Positions 14,039 through 26,489 of a DNA stretch of 64,000 nucleotides are shown here, piece by piece. Location of the stretch: NCBI GenBank assembly GCA_965153455.1, contig OZ234493.1, positions 27,270,213 through 27,334,212 of the forward strand. Direction: 5' to 3'. Under the pieces are notes generated by a model, which saw only the letters and a program-made list of their open reading frames with translations, did not search any database and was not told the DNA's origin. This stretch comes from Sphagnum compactum. Lineage: Eukaryota. Within the stretch, counting starts at the first letter, position 1, and every line of letters begins with the position of its first letter. The translations under genes and the position numbers were made by a program.

Positions 14039-14343
14039 GTGCATACATTTTTCTTTTTGCAGGCGTCCCCTCTTCTTCATCTGGTAAAGCAGAGCAAAGC
14101 AAAGAACCGCTGCATGCTCTCTCATGTTCTTGGACAGGTTTAGGGTCTTGCTTGTGGTGTAGGGTTTTAGGGTTTACGGTGGTGGTGTAGGGAGAAATGT
14201 ATCAAGCAAAGTTCTTGTTGGTTCAAGTCCTACCACTCAGACATCTGCACAACAAATCTACCCTACCCATGTGTTTGAAGAGGCGATCTTTTTTGTCGCC
14301 TGCATCTGTCTTTGCAAGCACAAATTGACCAATGTGATAAAAG

Positions 14344-14770
14344 ATGAAGGAAGGTAGTTTGTTTTGTTTTGTAGTTATGAGATCCACTGAACTGGGATAC
14401 TTCAGATAGTGTTCTTAATCTTTGGAAAGCTCTCGACGAGGAGGGGTGCACGGGCTTAGTTCCATGACATTTGGACTTGTGGTGCAAAAGTTCTTGAATA
14501 TTGAATGATTTCTTCACTGAAAATTAAATTAAATAGTAGCTGAAAATTTCGGAGGAATTGGAATGTGCCTTTGGTGTTGTTGGAAAGATCTTGATGAGCA
14601 GGATTAAATGGAATTTATTTGGTAAGATTTGGATTCAGAATGTGGGAGATATTGATTTTAAAGTAATTTCTGCCGCTGAAAATTCAAATAAATTCCCAAA
14701 AACCAGGTTTTGGAAGGAAAAATTGGTTGAGGACGTGGTAACACTTGGGCCAAGGCACAGGCCACACTAG
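14344..14770 (+). mobile_element. Short non-autonomous Helitron-like element, family A, copy 1
   Basis: Highly similar to 59808-60155 (ATGAAGGAAGGTAGTTTGTTTTG...GGAAAGCTCTCGACGAGGAGGGGTGCA...). Ends GGCC-N8-GGCC-ACACTAG|T. Confidence 0.7.
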
Positions 14771-14853
14771 TAGTTATTAAGAAAGAAGGGAGATAGTTAT
14801 TAAAAAATGAATGGGATAATAAAGTTTTTTTCGCATGACTTTTCGCATTCCAA

Positions 14854-15395
14854 TCCTATATATATTAATTGCCTTGTTTGTCCGTCTGTCTGTGACCACT
14901 GGACGCAGAGAAAAGTGAGGGGAAAAAGATAAGAGACAGGATCGAGCATCGGTCGACGACCATAGGATGGAGAGCTTTCGGCGAAGAGAAAAATGTACGC
15001 AGCAATAAAAAGCGTATGGGTGTTAAAATCATTGGCAAATTCATCATTGGCAAAAATATAAAAATAAAAATAAAATATCAACGTAGCTGACAGAAAGTCT
15101 GTCCGTCTGTCTGTGACCACTGGACGTAGAGAAAAGTGATGGGAAAAAGATAAGATACAGGATCGAGCACCGGTCGACAATCGTAGGATGGAGAGCTTTC
15201 GACGAAAAGAAAAATGTACACAACAGTAAAAAGCGCATGGGTGAAAGGGGGGGGGGGATCAATGGGTTAAAAAATCGAAGTGGAAAATGCGAAGGACAAG
15301 GGAGAGGTCGACGGGGTAAAAAATCGAAGTGGGCAATGGGAAGGACCGGGCGAGGGGGAGCTCAACGGGTGCATTATGCACCGGGTTCACACTAG
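14854..15395 (+). mobile_element. Non-autonomous Helitron (542 bp) with an internal ~143-bp direct repeat
   Basis: 5' end A|TCCTATATATATT. 3' hairpin GGTGCA-TTA-TGCACC (15368-15382), then CACACTAG|T, so insertion is between A and T. Internal repeat 14879-15022 vs 15100-15243. Confidence 0.85.
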
Positions 15396-15639
15396 TTAGT
15401 TGGAATTGACAATGAAGAACCCTCCGATAGAAACTGACCCTAGCTTAAACTTGGAACTAGAGGGGCTAAAGCTAGGGTCAGTTTCCACTTTCTGAGCTCC
15501 ATCTGGGGTCAAATTTGAACCCACGCTCTCAGCGCATGTCTTGAGCCCACCCCCCTCATTTTGGAAACACTCACCCCCTCCCCCCATCCTTGAGACTTAT
15601 GCTCCACCAAACTTACCTTATTCTTGCACCCCTAGTTTA

Positions 15640-15785
15640 TCTATTAAGAAAGGTAATTTGTTTGTTTCATTTGTTTACAATGTTGAGTTCTTCCTAGCCA
15701 CGGTGCCTCCAATTGGCACTGTTGGAAAGCTCACAATGAGTAGGGTGCACTAAGGTGACTTTGTAAGGTTTCAACCAATGTTGGT
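15640..15785 (+). mobile_element. Truncated, diverged relative of family A
   Basis: A|TCTATTAAGAAAGGTAATTTGTTTG resembles TCTATGAAGGAAGGTAGTTTGTTTTG; TTGGAAAGCTCACAATGAGTAGGGTGCAC resembles TTGGAAAGCTCTCGACGAGGAGGGGTGCAC. Confidence 0.45.
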
Positions 15786-17532
15786 TGGTTTGAAAGTTTT
15801 CGATAGGGTTAGGTTCGGATTTAGGTTCTACATGGACTGGAACCAATCTTAGAACCGGACCCAATGGGTTTACATGGACATGACCTGATGGGTCTCAAGG
15901 GTTTTTTAAAAAATCAGGTTTGGGTCATGGGCTCAATTAGGAGCTAGGGTTTTAGGTTTAGATAGTTCTAGGGGTTTTTTATTATAGTGTCCTATGACTA
16001 AGTTCTAGGGTTGTAGGTCCTAGACTTAAGCTTGAATATGTAAGTGCATCTTCAATGAGAGCACTAAAATGATCTTTACATAAATATGTTCTGATGGCCT
16101 CCAGATTCTTATGTTGAATAGAGACTCGAATAGGACCCATGTGGGTAGAGACCATCGTTGATTAATTGTTCTCTTTATTGTTCCCTATTGCTACTCTTGG
16201 GAACATGTTAGGGAATACTTTGAGACCGTTGGGAGCTTAGTGGAAAGTTAAGAGGATGCTAAAATCCTAAAGCATAGGCGCTTTTTTTTCTTTGTATTTT
16301 TTAGACCCTCACTGGGGCGAATATGGCTCAAATTACAGCATAGCAAATTATGTTGATGGAATGTACCCGCCATGCTGGCAAAGTAACTTCCACTTGCCGG
16401 AAGTTACACTCCGGGCTGCTTTTTTTTTGTTTTTAATTTTAATTTTTATAATTTAAATTCTCATTCCTTTTTTTAAAAAACTTTTACTTTTTCTCTTTTT
16501 TTGTTTCTTTTTCTTTACTAGACTCTGATTTTTTTTAAACAGAAATTTATTCAAATTGTGACAGTACATTCAAAGCAAATTCCTACAAAAATGAAAATCA
16601 GAATTCCTTTAATTTGAAAATAGAAAAATCAAATAACTAAAACAAACCCAAGGTCAAAAAAAAAAGAGAGAATCTTGCTATTTTCCAAAGTATTATGATA
16701 CTTACACAAAAAAGGACTCATAGAAGGACTTTGGATCAAAACATTCAATGTCTCTATCTGGATTCCACTCCACCAATCCCAAAAACCCAAAGCAACGTTC
16801 CCAAAAATCATCTCAGAAAACCCAAGGCACCACTCTCAGAAAACGTCCCAAAAGCCCTACCATCAACCATCACCCAAAGCAATGTCCCAGAAAACCTCAT
16901 CAGCCATCACTAAAGGCAATGTTCCCATTGATAAACCATCACCACTACAATATTGCAAAACATCCAACATTGATCTCTCTACAACCCCAAAAACCCAACC
17001 CTTCAACATCTTCATGAAATCCAGAATTTTAGCTTGAGTTATCATCCTATCCACATTCTCCCCTAGACCTTTATTATGCAAGTATTACAACAAGTAAAGA
17101 CACTCATGCGTAACAAAAAAAGTTCAAAAGTTTTTTGTAGGATTACAAAAACTATCAAAAAAGTTGAAAAAGTACTTTACAGAAACAAAGATTATCCTAC
17201 TTATCAACTACATTTGGTGGCATTAAGCCAGGGATAAACTTTGGATCTATGACATAGTTAATGGTAATAAGACAGTTCTAAAAATGGCTGAAGATGTGGT
17301 TAGTTGCTTTGTGGACATTGATAGTTTAAAATGGAGGGCGAGAATGCATGGCTTGTATTCTATCATTGTATTTGGGTAGCTCTTTTTCAAACAAGTCATT
17401 CCAAAAATTGTTTTCAAGGTCAATGTCGAATTCACTTGATTTTGGATCTGAGACCTACTAGTTTGAACCCCGTGCCTAATGCACAGGTGTGTGTGTATTT
17501 GACGGTACATATTACCAAATTACAACTACAAA

Positions 17533-20500
17533 CTACATTTCCAAAACCTCTCTATATACCACATTCTGCATGTATCCATCAGGACCATGGCCGTTGAAAA
17601 TCTTGATGTTTGCACTGCTTGTGACCCGTGAGATAGCAACATACAGCTGACCATGGGAAAAGACCGGAGACGGCAAATATACCCCAACGTTGTTCAATGT
17701 CTGACCTTGACTCTTGTTGATTGTCATCGCAAATGCCCACTCGGACAAGAAATTGACGATGACCCAAAACAAATGGCCAATTAGTCCCGGAGGAGGACAT
17801 GATGATGCGGGGTATGAACACACATTTATCGACATTATTACCTGTGATGATCTTCGCTTCAATGACACGTTGACCCAATCTCTTGACAATCAACCTCGTA
17901 CCATTGCACAATCCTATTGATTGATTGAGATTGCGCAACAAAAGGATTGGCACGCCCACTTTGAGTTCCAGCTTATGATTTGCAATACCGCTGAATTGCA
18001 AAGTGTTTAAAAATTCCACCAAATACAATGAATCCATTGAAACTCCTGCAGTAGCACCTGCACCTTCTTCTATCGGAGCCAAAGAATCTGCACTCAGGTA
18101 TGTGTGCAATTCTTTAGATAGCGATTCAAGAATTGCATTGTTGACTTCATCAACGTCAGTATTTTTGGGGGCCATAATGATCCGTTGCATAAGATACATG
18201 GCTTCTCCAGAGTGGCGTTGGTGATCCAGATAGATGGTTCGGATTAATCCTCTTAAACTACAATCTTTTGTTGGCAGCCTCATATGGGACGGAATCTTGA
18301 TCCAATCTGGATCGACACCTTTGTTTTTTGCAATGGCAGGAAGACTGCCGTCTCCAACATTCAACACCCATTTGGCAAACTTTTGCTACTTTTCAGAATT
18401 GGCTGGCATGACTCGCATGTTGATATGAAGACGAAGATTTGTAACAGCTACCAAAGATGCGATCGAGGCAACGAAGCACTGACAATGTCTTCTCGTCCTC
18501 CCTTTGGAACAACAGGCAGGATCTGTCGACAATCCCCACCAAGGACCACGGTTTTCCCACCAAAGATCTTTTCAGTTGCCTGTGCATCATCCAATTGCAT
18601 CAAATCACGCAAGGTCCAATCAACAACTTCGAAAGCTCGATGATGCATCATCGGTGCCTCATCCCAAATGATCAGATCAGCTTTACGCACCAACTCGGCC
18701 ACTTTCATTTGTTGTGTGATGTTGCAAGTCGACTCATCGTGCAGATCAATCGGAATCTTGAATCTTGAATGGGCGGTTCTGCCGCCCAGAAGTAGCAAAG
18801 ATGCAATTCCTGATGAGGCAACTGCAAGCACGATTTTGCCTTGCCCTCGTAGACGGGATAGAAGCGTTGTCCAAACAAATGTTTTGCCGGTTCCACCACT
18901 GCCATACACAAAGAACAGTTTGCCATCTTTGTTTGTCACGGCATTCAAAATAGTTTTGTATGTGCTACGCTGATCATCATTGAGCCTATCTTTTGCATCG
19001 TCAGCATCTGTGGTCAATGAATGTTGATCGTAAGCTAGCTCTTCTTGGACCAATCGGTTTCCTCCATGAACAGGAGGGACGTAATTAGACTTGGGAAGCA
19101 TTGGAAAATCTTCTAGGCGGTGTTCGTTACGGATGAGAACCTGATCGATCTGATACAATGCACGATCCTTTAGCGCATCCTCAAAAAGGGTAATAGTTGG
19201 ATCATCACGTTCGCGGCGTGTCATTGCCTCAATGTCATCACTCAAAGACTCCCAATGTGCATCCCATAGCTGTCTGGGATTCGTCACCTCACAAAACATC
19301 AGCATGGAGGCAAACATGTCACGTAGCTATCGTCCTGAGGCCCAAAGAGCGGCTTTTTCCAAGGCTTGATGCCATTCATTGTCGTCTGCCAGCAAACCCA
19401 TTGCAATGCATGCATCTTTGAATGTGTTGTGTTCTGTGCCATCCACTGTCCGCAAATGCTTGTAGGATGTGGCACCTTTGACGTAGTTCAACAGCATCCG
19501 CAAATAATAACGTTCACCCGATGTCGGGTGTGCATAATACATGTGACCAATGGCAAAGCCTCTCTTGTGCATTGTCCATCGCTTCAACTTCCGATTCCAC
19601 ACCCATTGCTGAGGGAATTGATCAAACGTAAGGCTTCGTGCAGCTTCCGATTCTTGGTTTATTTTGAACCATTTTGTCAGCATCGTTCTGGAAATGGCTG
19701 ACTATGTTGCCACTTCCTACACATCATCATCATCATCGAACAACACCATTTGTTGATTAGGCAAATGGTATTGCAGATGCTCAACGGCAAGAAACCGCTC
19801 ATGCATATCAAACTTGAAGATGCGCCACGTTGTTTCTAATGCAGATACATAGCGACAATCAAGATATTTTTTAATTTCATCGGCTTCGACCACATTCCTT
19901 TCGGTGGCATTGTCGCTCTGGCATGAGATCTCAATAGTTGCACAATCATGTCCTTTGTAAACGTACTTCAATAGATACTTGACTGCATGAATGTTGGTGC
20001 AAACCTCAACATTGATGTGCGCATCGTATTTGGTCGACAAATAGACATTGTGCGGTACCACCCAACGATTGTCCAATTCAACGCCGTGAACCAAAACTAT
20101 GCGCCCCGTATCTCTGCATCGATAACTAAAATATCCGTTTACATCCGTCACCGTCTCGGATTGGAACTTGCGTGGATATTTTTTTTGCATTTGCCATCTT
20201 CCATGCATGGGGCATTTGGAAACACAACTTCACATGGACCATGCATCATGCATCTGGAAATCGTCTCGTGGGCCAACTTGTTTGTCTCTGAATTTGGAAG
20301 TTCAGCATTGATCATGCGATCTACATCGTCGATCATGTGTGGCTTGCAGTCTTTGGCAAAGAAGATGAGAATATGTGCATGTGTAGCCCACGCTTTTGAA
20401 ACTCAATGACATAGATTCCCGCAATCATGCGTCCCATAATATGCTTCTTGTGAATGTCATTGATCAACTCTTGCAGCTTGATTTTGAACACTCAGGTTAC

Positions 20501-22100
20501 CAAATCCGGTCGATCTTGAGGTCGATGTCTGGGCAGCAGCTGTCTTTTGATCTCAGGCCATTGGGGATTGCAAGTGAATGTAACAAACGCATCTAGGCAA
20601 CGAGCCCATCTGCAGATTGCCATGGCATCTTAATAATTCTTAACCATGTGACGTGGGCCTCCTGTGAAAGAAGATGGCAGAATGATCCTTTGTCCGATGG
20701 CAACAGCGCTATTGTCACCTGCAGCGATGGCGTGCTGAAGGCTTTGATAGAGATCTACACGGAGCTTTTTCTGATCCAGGTGCAGATACCTCAAGTGGTT
20801 TTGTTCGACAATTGCATAAGCATCCACAATGTATTGTTGCCTCAATCGGTCACCCCGAAGTAACGCAATGCCATCAGTGTCTTGATGTTGAAGTCAATAA
20901 CCGTAAAATTCGGCCATTATCACATTACGATGTTTTCTATGATGCTCAGATTTTTCCGCATGGTCTTCATTCAAATCCGCATCAGCATCCTGCAAAACAA
21001 CACCATTGAACGGAATATTCGGATGCCATCCATCCTCACCGTAAGGAAATAGCAACGAATAATGTAGAGCCATGTATCCCACATGTAGTTCAGAAATGCG
21101 CTGAAACGGGCCAGCTTGCTGAGCAATGACGACGTCACGCCTATCTACAGCCTCAGAACCATCTCCTACCATCAATGCAGCGACTTCGTCGGCCATCGGC
21201 ACATTGTATTCGCGAGCATCCTTTGTTCGAAAGGCAATGAGACGCAATTTCAAATCCGTGGGAACACCTTTTGTTGCCATCATATCCCTTACCAATTTGA
21301 ACACTTTGACATAGGGATTGATATTGTACATCATGGTCAACAACCGATCCAACGTCGTTGGATCAAGCAATGGCATAATGGCATGGCGGTTTTGACGTTC
21401 GCTCTCCGTATCATGAATGTACAACTGTGTAAATTGTGGACGTTGTCCTTCGGCAGGACACAGGGATTCGATTTTGTGATAAAACTCACCCTGAATGTGA
21501 AAGGAGTATGGTCCAGTGCCTCTTGTTGCCGACTCATCAACTTTGGCACCAAGCGAAGTGAATGCCAACACCGAATTGTACATGCGAATCTAATCTCAAA
21601 ATTTGACGGAACTTCTCTCTTTGCTGGTTAAAAGAACTTGCAGCTCTTGTGGTGTTGCAGGAAGACTTGGCAACAGAATTTTGCCATTCTTGCAACACAG
21701 ATAAAACTGTGGGTTACTGTTGTTTGACTTTGCCAATCGTTCTTTAATCCACATTTTTGCATCATAGAATCCACAAATTGTGTCCATTTCTTCACAATCC
21801 CATCATGTCGGGGTTGACGCGTCTTTATTTCTAGACAATTGCAATGTGTCATTGCCAAGAGAAGGTTGTGCACGTGTTGTTGCTTGTTGTACGATTCGCC
21901 ATTTTTTACGTAGACAATTACTTCGCTCTTATGGTGTTTCAGATGGCCCGGCCAACTCTATACGTTGCCTTTGGCATGCCGTTCTCTCTGCAGGCGATTG
22001 CAACGTTCATGTACAAATTTCGATGTGTTTTGATTGAATTTTGTTGGAGCATTAATATGTGGAACAGGATTTTCCAAAGAGTTAGTTTGCTCATCATTTT
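17533..22100 (-). pseudogene. Helitron RepHel (HUH Rep + PIF1 helicase) pseudogene
   Basis: Motifs in order: zinc-finger-like CGFYDAKMW..CCKNGKI, YNSVLAFTSLG, LLFPYGEDGW, ILPSSFTGGPRHM; Rep FVTFTCNPQWPEI, YVIEFQKRGL/HAHILIF, KYLLKYVYKG; helicase [59 protein letters not shown]. Split into at least 8 ORF pieces by stops and frameshifts. Confidence 0.95.
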
Positions 22101-22204
22101 ACTGAGCTTCTAAGTGCTGCCGAAGGGTCGCCAAAGCTGCCAAAGCACTACCATGTTGTGCAATGAGTGCACACATACGTTTTTGTATGTCTTTGGGCAT
22201 TGTG

Positions 22205-22651
22205 GAGAATATATGTTAGGTTTGTTGCTAATATTGATATCAAAATCTTGGCGGGGGGGGGGGGGGGGTTTCTCCTGCATTCTTGTTTGCTTGTGCCGTA
22301 TTTCTCCTGGAAGTATTCTCACAGGCGTCATCACAACAACACGAGTAGCATCGATCGCGATGAAGTTTTCGTTCCCAAGAAGAAGAAGGAGATTGCTACT
22401 GCAACAGTAGGAGGATGGGGAGTCACATAATACCTTCAACATCCACTGGGTTGGATCTTGATGATCATTCTCATGCTTCTGTTAGGATGGCCTCTCTATA
22501 ATCAGATAAAATACCCGCAGAGAATATATGTTGGGTTTGTTGCTGATATTGATATCAAAATCTTGGGGGGGGGGGGATTCTCCTGCACTCTTGTCTGTTG
22601 GTGCCGTATTTCTCTTGGAAGTATTCTCACAGGCGTCATCACAGCAACACG
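22205..22651. repeat. Direct repeat pair (~135 bp) with poly-G tracts inside the Helitron
   Basis: GAGAATATATGTT.GGTTTGTTGCT.ATATTGATATCAAAATCTTGG(G)n...GGAAGTATTCTCACAGGCGTCATCACA at 22205-22343 and 22520-22651. Confidence 0.85.
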
Positions 22652-23592
22652 GTGCCTACAATAGGAAGGGCAATGTGAAGTAGGGATACTTGTAGTTGTT
22701 GTAACTTATAAGGGTTCAGCTGTTGCAAATTGTTTCAATTTTCTCAAAGCATGACAATTGGGATGTGCTCTCTCTAAGGGTCTATATGGTCTTAGTCTTG
22801 ACTACCAAAGCTTGTCTAGGCCATCACGATGTTGCCCAAAGCATTGCTGATGGTCTGTGGAGCTGGTGAATGCAGCATCTTGGGCCAATTTGCTTTGGTT
22901 TCAATGGTGCTTATTATACATCTCTTTACAAACATGAAAAAAGCCACATGTAAGTTCAGCTGCTCTTTTCTGCTTGTGGATTACATTCTGCACATAGATT
23001 TAAACCCTGTCCAATTCCCCCTTCACCCCTAAACCCTAAACCTTAATTCTTTTTCCACTTCAATTTTGCACTGTTCTCTTCATTCTTTCATCTCACCAAT
23101 TTGCCTGACCAAGCTCTACCTTTTTGCATACATCAATATCAGGTCAATGAATTTCACCTGGTTGAATTCCCCCATGGTTTTATCAAACCCAAACCCAACT
23201 CCAAAAAACAATAGGAAATCATTCTTGGAATATTTGAAAGACATGTCATGAAATGAGCAAAAAATCCTGAGCTTTTCAAGCTGACACTTTTGGAAATCCT
23301 AATCTCTATGGACTATCTAGGATTAACAACCAATGCCATGAAAATCACACAACAACTACATTCTTAGCTTTGAAGCTTCTTGTAAGTTCTGCCGCCGCAC
23401 CTAGATCTACATCTCGAGGTTTTCGTTCCCAAGAATAAAAAGGAGATGGGGTGGGTGGATGCTGTTGCTACAATGATGCTCCTCCTCTTCCTCCACAAAG
23501 CCAACAGAATAAGCTGAGCAAAGAGATAGAGAGAGGGGACAGAACAAACTCCCCCAAAAAAAAACTCAAGGAGAAAATAAAAAATTAGGTAC

Positions 23593-23808
23593 CTGATGAA
23601 TAGGAGAGTACATAGAATTGGTGCATACTGGACACTCCAGCAACTCATGTACACTATTAGTATGTGCAGCAACAAATGATGTCTTTCGCCCTAATGTAAG
23701 AAGTGGGTTCTTTGACTCCACCTCCAATTCTTCTATGCTAGATCGTGTGTCTCCTTCTTCCCTCATGGGTGATTCAAGAATGTCCATCTTCAAGTTCCCA
23801 GGTGCCAT
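23593..23808 (-). pseudogene. Orphan first coding exon of a SINAT (SINA-type RING E3 ligase) gene, probably Helitron-captured
   Basis: MAPGNL...TNSVHELLECPVCTNSMYSPIHQ, then CAG|GTACCT at the usual SINAT intron position. No downstream C-x-NGHT-type exon was found. Confidence 0.85.
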
Positions 23809-24767
23809 ACAATTGTCGTCTACTACTACTACTACTACTCTTCTCTCCACAACTCATGTCTCTTCTCCCACCTTCCCCCCCCCCCCAACTTTCTTCCCAG
23901 ACAGTCACCTTCCTCCAGCACCAAACCTGCCAACAAATGCAACCCCTGGTTGTCAATGAATCTAATCAATTGACAAAGTAAAAGTGCCTAGTTGCAATGA
24001 TAGTGTCACTGAGTCCTAAGGCACACAATACACAAAATCTGGTGCAGGAAGTACCATGAAGAAATAGGTTGAAAACAAAAAGATTCCAGTAGCTATTATA
24101 TGTGATGCACAATGCAAGACTGCCTAAGTGTGTTGGCAGCCACAGGTCCCTGCTTCTGAGTCTATAAAACTTGTGGGCCTCTTGTAGCACTTTGTTTGTA
24201 GCATCACACACTTGATCCAACCATCTCTATTTGCCTCTGATGGTGAAATAACTAGTAAGCACAAAAACTTACATGCAGATTCCACTCATTAACGCCTACA
24301 AAGATGATGAAGAATCTCCATTTGACACATGCCTAGAGAAAGGCATATCTACTTATACACCATGGAAAAGGATTGGCAAGTAGAACCATGAAAATATTGA
24401 CTAAAAAAAATCAATCCCTCAAATTCCACCTTATTTGAATATTTTCATTTTGCAATTGAACAGGAAGTCTGGAAAACACTTGACAAAATTTGTTCCTTCA
24501 TAGTGACCTCATCTGCCTCCATCTCTAGTAGCCGCTTAGATGACAGCAGTATATGCAATACTACACAAAAAAACTACATCATCAATCCCCTCTCTCCCCT
24601 TTCCTCTACACCTCCCCCATATGAGCAACTTCTCCATCCATAACTCAGGCTTTTTCCTTGCCCAATCTGACATGTTGCCAAACACAAATTTGATGCATTA
24701 CACACTTGCTTCTCAGCAATCAGGTAGATGTGGAAAAATACAAATGCAAGATGTGACCATAGAAATG

Positions 24768-25300
24768 TACATATTGAGTGCTGTTGCATTTGTGAAAGAG
24801 ATTGCCGCTGCTGCTGCAGCAAGATGGGAAGTCACAGAATACCACATATTAAGTTCTATTACATTTGTGAAGGAAATTGTTGCTGCAGCAGCAGCAACAG
24901 GATGGGGAGTCACAAAATACCACATATTGAGTTTTGTTGCATTTGTGAAGGAGATTGCTACTGTGCAGCAGGAGGAGGATGGGGAGTCACAGAATACCAC
25001 ATATTAAATTTTATTGCATTTGTGAAGGAGATTGCTGCTGCAACAGCAGCAAGATGGGAAGTCACATAATACCACATATTGAGTTCTGTTGCATTTGTGA
25101 AAGAGATTGCTGCTGCAACAACAGTAGGATGGGGAGTCACACAAGACCACATATTGAGTTCAATGCATTTGTGAAGGAGATTGCTGCTGGAGCAGCAGCA
25201 GGATGGGGGTCACAAAATACCACATATTGAGTTATGTTGCATTTGTGTAGGAGATTGCTACTACAATAGCAGCAGGATGGGGAGTCACAGAATACCTTCA
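24768..25300. repeat. Minisatellite of ~7 units of ~75 bp
   Basis: Units like GAGTCACAGAATACCACATATTGAGTTTTGTTGCATTTGTGAAGGAGATTGCTGCTGCAGCAGCAGCAGGATGGG. GTCAC anchors at ~24831, 24909, 24986, 25061, 25136, 25209 and 25285; a partial copy at ~22385-22440. Confidence 0.9.
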
Positions 25301-25878
25301 ATTGTAATTACTATATGTAATTACAACTACAAACTACATTTCCAAAATAATAGCGTCCGCACGGTTTCACATAGCCAAACAAAACAGCCGCTCTCAAGGG
25401 CCGCCCGTTTGCCCGGTTCCAGATTGATCGATTCTATTCCCTCCCACGCACCGCACCGTTTTGGCTGCCTTGCCACCTACGTCAGTGCGCTTCCACCCCT
25501 GCTGCCTCCCAAAAGCTTTGCTTGTAGTGGCAGTGATGGCGATGGTGTCCCTTGGTCTACACCTCCTCCTCGTTGCTTCTCCTTCATCTTCTGTAAGAAC
25601 CCAATAGGTCGTTACTGTCGCCTCCTGTTCCGTTGTCTTATGTGCTTGGCTGCCAAAGAGTGTGTTGTGTCCACTATTGCGTTCTTGCACCTCGACTTGC
25701 GCCTTTGTTTTAGTTGGTTCAGGGTTTGGTTTCAGGGTAGTTAATGCAAAGAAAAAACAAAGAAACAAAGAAATAAATAAGAAGAAGAATTTTGGTGTTG
25801 GTGTCAAGTTCGGGAGATAGTAGAGAAGAACAGAAACGGGGCGCGAGTCTAATGGCCCCCCGCATGCTCAGCTTGTTG

Positions 25879-25938
25879 TTGCTCAAGGCAGGCATCAAAA
25901 ACTGCGTCGGAGACCTGATTGCAAAGCTTGTCGAGGTA
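25879..25938 (-). pseudogene. 60-bp fragment of an S-adenosylmethionine synthetase gene
   Basis: Reads YLDKLCNQVSDAVFDACLEQ versus the plant SAM synthetase signature HPDKLCDQ(I/V)[11 protein letters not shown]. The flanks do not continue the protein. Confidence 0.8.
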
Positions 25939-26489
25939 AACAGACCATGACGCGACGGATGGATGGAAAGCTTCACGAAAAATGACCACGACGTCCTTTA
26001 CTATATGTAATATGATGGCCTTCCCTCGATCTATGGAAACAACAATAGAACAAATTGAGGTCTTGATTTTCTCTAGATCAATAGAGGCGTTAACAATAAA
26101 AGTGGCAACAAAAGCACCAACAACAAAAGTGGTAGTAGAACCAAGCAACAACAGAAGTGGCAATAAAAGAAAAAATTATACTAGAGGGAGCACCATAATT
26201 ACGGCCACCAATTGCACTAGTATTTCGATAATTTAATACAACACCAACAAAGCCATCATGGCTAGCATCAATAGAAATTCTTAAACAACAAAAACCATCA
26301 CGGAGGAAAAACCCACATCAATAGCATCATCTTTTTCAAAATGAAAACTCTGTAGCATAAATCTTGAGTCATTTTTAAAAAAAACAAGCAAACTTGAAAA
26401 TTTTGAAAGGAAAATAAATAACAATGTAAGTGAAATTACCTTGGTTTTTTTTAATGCAACCTTCTATTTGTTAAATGCTTCTTCAAATC

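Larger units (their letters stand above)
17458..26015 (-). mobile_element. Helitron (~8.6 kb), formerly autonomous, carrying captured host fragments
   Basis: Minus-strand 3' end: hairpin CCTGTGC-ATTAG-GCACGGG (17469-17487), then TTCAAACTAG|T ending at 17458. Candidate 5' end A|TCATATTACATATAGTAAAG at 26015 is less certain. Contains the RepHel pseudogene. Confidence 0.75.

Noticed and set aside
16383-16407. Hairpin GTAACTTCC-N7-GGAAGTTAC as an ncRNA or terminator
   Set aside because: A 9-bp stem alone is insufficient evidence, and there is no supporting context.
17533-22100. Functional host PIF1 helicase gene
   Set aside because: It is fused to HUH Rep motifs, bounded by a Helitron terminus, and broken by many stops and frameshifts.
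23026-23043. Telomeric repeat array (also ~59654-59675)
   Set aside because: Only 2-3 imperfect CCCTAAA units; common interstitial telo-box motifs.
23566-23850. Intact SINAT gene
   Set aside because: Only the first exon is present; the rest of the RING, the zinc fingers and the TRAF domain were not found.
24768-25300. CRISPR-like regular repeat array
   Set aside because: The units are contiguous with no unique spacers, there are no cas genes, and the context is eukaryotic.
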